64,000 nt of DNA. Source: the human T2T-CHM13v2.0 reference genome, Homo sapiens. The position numbers were made by a program, and so were the translations under genes. Positions 55,275 through 64,000 of the stretch are shown here, in pieces. Position 1 is the first letter of the stretch. Every line of letters starts with the position of its first letter. The notes beneath the pieces are model-generated. The model worked only from the letters and a program-made list of their open reading frames with translations. It had not been told where the DNA came from and did not search any database. Location: assembly GCF_009914755.1 (NCBI RefSeq), contig NC_060938.1; one strand, 5' to 3'.

Positions 55275-57152
55275 TTAAAAACGCTTTACATCCATGAGCA
55301 TTTACTCTATTATGTTTCCATTACATTTTGCCCCTTGAGAAAATTAGAACAGCAAATGCCCTCCACACAGAACATTTCCCACCACTACAGCCACCTTCTT
55401 CAAGCATGAGGAGAAAGTGTTGCTCTATAAAACCCAATTCTCTATGAATGGCTGTCATACGAAACTGAGAAAATGGAGTGAGACAGATTCCAAAAAGATT
55501 AATGACAAGCACAATCAGCATTAATTATTGTGAGTTAAGTTTCATTTCCTGGAAATAATCACAGTGATGGAATATTTCCATTGAATTAGTTACTGCCATT
55601 GGGATTGACTTGGCTGAGTGAATTCCAAATTATATTTCTCTATACTTTTAATATGGAACAGAAAAATGAAAGAATTTTACAGTGTACATGACTTAGATTT
55701 CACCATTAACATTTTTAGCTTATCATTTATCTAACCATTTACTCTACTGTCTATACATCCATCCATCTTATTTCTGATGCATTTCAAAGTTAACTCTATA
55801 CATCCATATACTTTCCCCTAAACATTCTAGGATGCATCTCATTATCTAGTAAATTCCAACATAACCCCCCTACTTTATGGGTCTATTGACTGCAATGCAG
55901 TTAGCAGCTATTGAATTTTATCCTCACCTCTGCTTCCGACCTTGAATGTAAAGGCAGCCTGATCCACAAAGACGGTCATATCGGAAGTCCTGAAATCTCA
56001 GTACTGGTCCCCAACTGCTGTGCCAGACAGACCCTTCACTTCTAGTCATTTAGAATCACTATGATGCAAGAACCCACTCACCTACATACTCTAAGGTGGG
56101 TGGAGAGAACAGGAGACTGGTTATTTTTTCATAGGCATGGACAGTGCCTGTACATCTATATATAGGACATGATTAATATGAAATTAATTCAATATTGACA
56201 GGACATTGTGGTGAGGTAAGAACATTTAATCTGTAAGAGTCTGTTCAAATTTGTATATGTATATGACTATTTCTTAGGAGAGTTTCGTAGCTTACATATT
56301 TTCAAATACATCAGTGACTAAAGATATTGAGAGCCACTGGTCTAACACTTCCCTCCTTCAGACAGTGGGCATTAGTAATTCCAGATTGCGTTATCTCTTT
56401 TGCCTGCCACATCCCACCATTGACTTATATTTAGCGTACTTCAACCAAAGCCCCAATTTATTTTCCCCACACTATACTTTTACTGTAGATCTTTTTTGTT
56501 TACTTGTCTATCCTGGTGATTAGTGAGTAACTTTGTCCATTAAGCCAACTTGGATGCATCATTAACCAGAAAAAAGAGAAAACAGGTAGTGAAAAGTCAA
56601 TAGTTTGTGATATTTACGACACCCCTCAGAGTGTGAACAAAAGAAATATGGTTCTGGCATTGTGACTCCAGTCTTAACCCTATGAGTCATTATTTGGAAA
56701 ACTAGTGAGTTACATCTTCCAGTTACCTTTCTGTGCAGAAAAATCCCTCAGGAAGTAATAAATACAGGAAAGCATCTTGGATTCATCCAGCCCCCTACTG
56801 TGTCGGCTGTTATGATCCTGAATTGTAGACCATTTCTTCCACACTGCCTGGATCTCCCATAGAATCCAGCACAATACTGTGTCCAGAGCAGGGGCTCAGT
56901 AAGCTCTTATTTTACTGGAATATCCAACCAAGGGCCAGTTTGGAATTTACCTATATTACAGAAATATTAACCTTCTTGAAGACCAACATTTTGGGAACAG
57001 CAAGACCCTAAAAACTTCTAATTAAAATAAAGTTGCCCAATTAAAGTGACCTTTGGCTGAAAGGTAATGAAACCATATTTTCTAATTTCATTGTTCCAAA
57101 CCAGCCTCTCCTACTTTCAGAAGGAACATCACTTTTAGGCAGGGGGATTCTT

Positions 57153-58233
57153 CCTTTCAACTTTTATTTTAAGTTCAGGGGTACAAATGCAGGTTTGTTA
57201 CATAGGTAAGCTTGTGTCATGGGGGTTTGTTGTAAAGATTATTTCATCACCCAGGTATCAAGCCTAGTACCCAGTAGTTACTTTTCCTGATCTTGTCCCT
57301 CCTCTCACCCTTCACCCTCTGAAAGGCCCCAATGTCTGTTGTTCCCGTCTTTGTGTCTATGTGTTCTCATCAGTTAGCTCCCACTTATGAGAACATGCGG
57401 TATTTGGTTTTCTGTTCTGTGTTAATTTCCTAAGGATAATGGCTACCAGCTCCACCCATGTACCCACAAAGGACACGATCTCATTCATTTCTTACGGCTG
57501 CATAATATTCCATGGTCCACATTTTCTTTATCTGGTCTGTCATTGGCAGGCATTTAGATAGATTCCATGTCTTTGCTATTGTGAATAGTTTGGCAATGAA
57601 CATACGCATGCATGTGTCTTTATAACAGAATGATTTATATTCCTCTGGGTATATATCCAGTAATGGGATTGCTGGGTTAATGGTATTTCTGTCTTTAGGT
57701 TTTTTAGGAATCGCCACACTGTCTTCCACAATGGCTGAACTAATAAGCATCCTTTTCTCACCACAACCTCACCAGCATCTGTTATTTTTTGACTTTGTAA
57801 TAATAGCCATCTGACTAGTGTTAGATGCTATCTCATTGTGGTTTTAATTTGCATTTCTCTAATGATCAGTGATGTTCGGCTTTTTTCATATGATTGTTGG
57901 CTGCATGCATATCTTCTTTTGTAAAGTGTCTATTTTTTTGCTCACTTCCTTATGGGGTTGTGGTTTTTTTCTTGTAAATTTTTTTTAAGTTTCTCATAGA
58001 TGATGGATATTAGACCTTTGCTGAACGCATAGTTTGCAAAAATTGTCTGCCATTCTGTCTGTTTACTCTGTTGACAGCTTTTTGTTTTGGAGGGGGGTGG
58101 TTTTTTGTTTGTTTGCTGTACAGAATCTCTGTAGTTTAACTGGACCCCGTTTGTCAATTTTTGTTTTTGTTTCAATTACTTTTCCCATGTTCATCATAAA
58201 ATCTTTGCCACTGCCTATGTCCTGAGTGGTATC
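57153..58233 (-). mobile_element. 5'-truncated L1PA (about PA10-13) with internal deletions
   Basis: L1PA 3'UTR TTCAGGGGTACAAATGCAGGTTTGTTAC; ORF2 C-terminal peptides; TSD TAGGCAGGGG(G)ATTCTT at 57136-57152 and 58234-58249 with a TT/AAAG endonuclease site. Confidence 0.92.
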
Positions 58234-60304
58234 TAGGCAGGGGATTCTTTAAGACTTTAATTCCATCTCCCGTCAGTTCTATCATCTTTAGTGAGCCAGG
58301 TCTCCTCATCTGTGAGAGGCTATTTGAGAGTGATTGCAGCTGCAGCATGTGGGGACGCAGACTGTAAACCACTTCTGAGCTCAGAAGGAAACACTACTAT
58401 AATTAATTAGGAAATCTGTCCTGCACCAAGTAGTCTAAAGAAACCTTAACCCCAAACGCTCTGAACAAGCCCAGTCCCACAGAATGATTATGATGTTTAC
58501 GATGGCACTGTTCACTGAGTAGCCACTGAATGCCCGTGTCTTTGTGCTTAGTGCTCACAGAAGCTCCGTGTGTTATGTGCTATTAGTAGCCCCATTTTAC
58601 TGATGACAACCTTGAGGCACAGAGAGGTTTTACAGCTACAACTTCCTGAATGATAACCCGGCATCATTCAACCTCAGAAGCAGCGTCTTGATTGGAATAT
58701 CTTCCCCAAACAAACAAAAACTACAACAACAACAAAGTGGGTTGGGGTGGGGAGAACATCTATCTCAGGTAGCGGGTTGATGGAGGTGGTAACCTTGGCG
58801 TGTCGAAGTCCCTCCATCAGGAGCCTCAGATCTGTTCTTAGCTCTCTGCTGCTCTCTAGTGGCCAGTGGCCACACTTTTTCTTGGATTGAAGAAAGCCCC
58901 CAGTGCATGGCCAGGGGCCATTGACTACATCAAAACAGCTATTACTTAGGTAAGCACAGACCAATACATAAAAGGCCACAGATCATTTATTCTGCCTACC
59001 TTCTCACTATTAAGTCATTTTTTGATAGTTTTGTTGTTTTAGAAAAAGCAGTTATTTGAAAAGCTGAATTTGCCTCTTCCCCATTCGACTTAAGATGACA
59101 CATCCAGATGACTAAATACCTCTTGCTCTGCCGTCTTCACTGCCCGTTGGTGTAGACTTCAAATTTCACCTTGGCCTATCACTTCACTCTCTGTCTCTCT
59201 TTGACCACTCCCACACTAATTTGCACACCTAAGATTTCTCAAGTTGCTTTTTTAATAGTGGTAATAGACTTTGTCCAGTAGTACCACATAACCTCCCTAT
59301 TCTGATTTAAATAAAAAGAAGCACAGCAGTGGTTGATAATAATGACTATCTTTGACCGCTTCCAAAAAGTCCCAAAATTCTATAACATGAAAGGAAATAA
59401 AAGGTACTAGGGAGAATAGAACAGTGAACTACAGAAAATGACAAGAGGTATTATGTTGATGGATGGGTACTGAAAAAGATAGGTTGCTCTCAACCTTATT
59501 CAACGACAGATGTTAAGAAAATGTATCATCTATAATTTACTTTTTGCACCTAGATGTTTTGTGGCTTTTCCAACTATTGAGTAATAGGCTCCCTAATGGT
59601 AAATATTAATCCATTGCTATAATCACTAAATATATTTCAGCTTTTATGAAGACCTTTGAATATTCATATGTCCTTGTGAAAAGCTCTCTGTTTATCTGCA
59701 GACTCCTCAAAGATGTTTCTGCTTTCCTCTGAATTACTGGCCTCTCGTGTACTTTATTAATATTTCTCTTTAGAGCTCTTTGAATTAACTTTTTCTTTTC
59801 ACTGTCTCCCTGGAAACAACAATGTTGCCTCAGTGTAGAACAAGAGAAAGACAACAAAGGAAATGAACTTCCCCAAATTATCTGCAGTGAGAGGAAGTGC
59901 AGCAGAACAGAGAGGGAGGATTAGAATCCGCCAACGTTCAGGGTGTGAACGAGAGGATTGTTGCCCTTTAACAGCCAAGCTGGCTGAATAAAAACTGCAT
60001 TGTAAACACAATATAACACTAAGCAAGCAGATGTACCCATCCAAGAAACCTGACACCTAGATGACAGGTTTTATATTTAATGTTCTAGAATGTTCCCAGG
60101 TCCACACAAAATCCATCTCCTGGCTACTTGCAGGTCCCTGAAAGTATATGATAGCATGGCTAAGCCTTTTGTAACTTGTGACCCTTTATGATAAACATCT
60201 CTTAAGCCCTTCTTCAATGGTATTTAAAAACTCAAACTAAAGAACTTAGCTAAAATCCTGGTTCTAGAATATCTAAGTCATAATCAGTATCTTAGACTCT
60301 CTTT

Positions 60305-60731
60305 CTTGGAGACTGGTCTTCCTAGAAACCAGACTGTAAAGCAAAGATTCACATGCAGAAAGGTTATTGAAGGACATCTCAGGATCAACCTTTGGGTTTG
60401 GTAGGGAAGCGGGGAGCAGAAGAGCAAGGCTGGGCAGAAAGAGAAGATGAACTGTGACGCAGGTGTGACAAAGGCCTCAGTCAATCATACATGAAGCTCT
60501 GGATCTGAGATGGCACTTCAAGTTGTCTTGAGTTGAGGCATGAAGGCTGGGCCTTTGTATCCTGTCATGAAAAGTCACTGGATAAAGGTTATACCAGGGG
60601 AAGGGCATGACCTTGAGCAATGTAGCCCTGTCCTGAAAGGAACACAGCGATGACCTGTCAATAGTTAACACTCTCAGTAGATGAGGTGATAAGTGTCTTC
60701 TCCTAAAGGGAGCATCTACTAGGCTCAACCA
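60305..60731 (-). mobile_element. LTR16-type ERVL LTR
   Basis: GGGCAGAAAGAGAAGATGAACTGTGA...AAGGCCTCAG...GGGCATGACCTTGAGCAA. Confidence 0.7.
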
Positions 60732-61388
60732 TCAGTTTAGTATCCTCCTCCTTGCAGCAGAAGGTAATAGGAGCCCTGGTACCAGTCCTCGATTAATGGC
60801 CTGCAATTGTCATTGTTGCCATTCTATCAGCTGAAGTATCAAGGCACAAAGGTGGATTTTCTAACCAAAGTCACATAGGCTTCCAGGGCAGGTCATCAAA
60901 TCCTCTTCCAGTTCTCTAAACAGTACATTAAAACCCAGACCTTCTTAGTAGATCACCCTGGCCTATCAATAAATCCCAATGAATGCCCATTGATCTCGTA
61001 ACACAGAGAAAGTATTTTCAAGGAACTTGTCGTTTGCAGTCACTGACAGCCGCTTTATCTTCTGTGACCACTCCTCCAACATAATTCTTCCCTGGGCCCA
61101 ATGTCCTAGAACTCAGAGTAATTTTAGTACGAATGCAGATTCACCCATTATGTAGCGGTAAGTCTTAAGTGTTACAGAAGATTCACTGCAAAAACAGGCA
61201 ACTCTGGAGACTAGGCTCTTCTCCTAGGGCACGGTGCCAATATCCTATAGATATAGCAAAGTGGTGGTAGCTCTCATAGGTTACTCTCCTAGCTTGTGCA
61301 ACCAGGCTTGTCCTCTGCTCATGAAGCAGAGGGACAGGGATCCCAGGTTCTATTATTAGTGGATGTATGCAGATTTTCAAATTCTTTA

Positions 61389-61715
<327 letters not shown>

Positions 61716-62356
61716 TCACACAAGGCAAATCACAGTAATACAACTTAGCTTTCATATTCTACCTCATTTCTTAACCCTTCTGAATTCTATTGTGTTTGTC
61801 ATTTCATCAGAAACCCTCAGTCAGATTGGCTGGTCAAAATTGTCTTCCTGATCTCCTCCAAGAGACTTCTCTTGGTGTATAAGTAATAAACCAACAGGCA
61901 AATTTGGCAGTATTTTTGTGAAAATTTGCGAGCCAGTTAATAGGATCTTAATAGACTAGGCCTTGCTTTGTGTTACGTGCATTTGCTGAAGTTTTGCCCT
62001 ATCATTTTGACCCTCAGCTAAATTTTTCTATTCAGAACAAACACAGAAACAGCTTTCTCTGACCCTCAGCAGGAAGTAGAGAAGGAGCTCTGTTTATGCC
62101 TCTCACTGTACGGTGATGGATTCTTAATTTAAGCCCTAGAAAACAGATTTATTTAAAACTCATCAGTGGCAAAAGAAAAACCATGCTTTCTTCCTTTAAC
62201 CACCTGTGTCCATTATTTACCCCATTGTTTTTAGTCAGACAACCTGTGGACAAAGAACAATTTGCTTCTTGGTTCAAGTTCAGGCTTTGCGAAGCAAGAC
62301 AGAAAATCACTACCAGCTGAAAAAAAAAGTTCAATTATTTATAGGAAATGATTAGA

Positions 62357-62669
<313 letters not shown>

Positions 62670-63150
62670 CTACCCTGCTCCTATGGTCAGTTGTCCACAG
62701 TCCCCAAATCACTCCCACAATTTACATTTCGTCGGCAGAGATTATTAAACCATCAGAACAAGCCCAATACCCTGTCACAGTAAAGGTGAATGTAAAAGCT
62801 TGGAGTTCAGTGTGTCTGTGGAAAAGATCTTGAGGATGAGAGAGCAAGCAAGAGGGGTTCAACATTGATGCTCCCTCTCCAGCAGGAACTTTATCTTCTG
62901 TAGAATAAGCTGTTATACAAGAAAGTGTCCCAAGAAGGACATTTTGACATTTTTAAAGCAAGCAATGGGTTCTGCGAAATGAGTCTTCTCTGCCCTCGCT
63001 TGGCAGGAAACACTTCCATTCTTCCCAAGTATAATCTCTTAAAAACGTTGGTCTTTGTGTCCCCACAAATAAGCCTTCCCATTCTCATTTTCCACTGACA
63101 GCATCCTTGGCAATTCAAATTCTATCCATATCGCCTTAAACTTTGCCTCT

Positions 63151-64000
63151 TGTATTAGCCCATTTTCATACTGCTATAAAGAACTTCCTGAGACTGTGTA
63201 ATTTATAAAGAAAAGATACTTAATTGGCATACAGTTACACAGGCAATACAGGAGACATGGCTGGGGGAGCCTCAGGAAACTTACAATTACGTTAAAATGG
63301 TGAAAGGGAAGCAAGAACATCTTCACATGACAGAAAGAGAGAGAGAGCAAAGGGGGAAGTGCTACAAACTTTTAAACAACCAGATCTTGTGAGAACTCAC
63401 TACCATGAGAACAAGAGGGAAATCCACCCCTGTGATCCAATAACCTCCCAGCAGGTCGCTCACCCAACATTGGAGATTACAATTCAACATTAGATTTCAG
63501 TGAAGACACAGAACCAAACTATATTATTCTGCTCCTGGCACCTTGAAATCTCTGGTCCTTCTCACATTTCAAAACAGAATTATGTCTCCCCAACAGTCCC
63601 CTGAAGTCTTAACTCATTCCAGCATTAACTCAAAAGTCCAAGTCCAAAGTCTCACCTGAGACAAGGCAAGTCCCTCCTGCCTATGAGCGTGTAAAATCAA
63701 AAGCAAGTTAGTTACTTCCTAGATACAATAGAGATACAGGCATTGGGTAAATTTTCCCATTCTGAATGGGAGAAATTGGCCAAAACGAAGGGGATACAGG
63801 CTGCATGCAAGTCCAAAACCTAGCCAGGCAGTTATTAAATCTTAAAGCTCCAAAATCTCCTTTGACTCCATATCTCAAATGCAGGGTACAGTGATGCAAG
63901 GAATGGGCTCCCACACAGCTCCATCACTGTGACTCTGCAGGGTACAGCTCCCACAGCTGCTTTCATGAGCTGTAGCTTTTCCAAGCACATGATTCAAGCT
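63151..64000 (-). mobile_element. MSTA provirus: 3'LTR 63151-63526 plus internal region continuing beyond the window
   Basis: MSTA LTR joined to MaLR internal sequence (CATTAACTCAAAAGTCC...AAATCAAAAGCAAGTTAGTTACTTCCTAGATACAAT) homologous to the THE1 internal regions. Confidence 0.9.

Noticed and set aside
57481-58175. L1 ORF2-like ORFs
   Set aside because: Fragments of a 1.1-kb truncated, deleted L1PA; not active.
62891-63118. 75-aa minus ORF with faint CR1/L3-like features
   Set aside because: Similarity too weak to call without an HMM search.

Overview
Primate (human-like) non-coding genomic DNA, AT-rich and CpG-poor, with no CpG island. I cannot support any intact protein-coding gene, RNA gene, CRISPR array or prokaryotic feature. 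Nearly every ORF in the track is read-through of Alu, MaLR or L1 sequence. The window is rich in ERVL-MaLR elements: a full-length THE1A provirus (+, 5202-7485), a full-length THE1B provirus (-, 47797-50080, perfect CCATG TSD), an MSTA provirus running off the right edge, and about 20 solo or fragmentary MST/MLT1/MLT2/LTR16 LTRs. It also holds ERV1 LTRs (MER4E, MER34, LTR37), a MER44/Tigger7 DNA transposon, 13 Alus, L1/L2/MIR fragments and several nested insertions. Repeat names come from recalled consensus sequences, so subfamily labels need RepeatMasker/Dfam confirmation. I found no new multi-gene system. The best unexplained signals are: (i) template-switch-like scars, chiefly a 126-bp AT-rich palindrome abutting an 80-bp copy of sequence 1.6 kb away, and a ~200-bp LTR+flank duplicate straddling THE1B; (ii) a unique, exon-like 0.55-kb island at 15.7-16.3 kb; (iii) intact DUX4 motifs in three THE1 LTRs.
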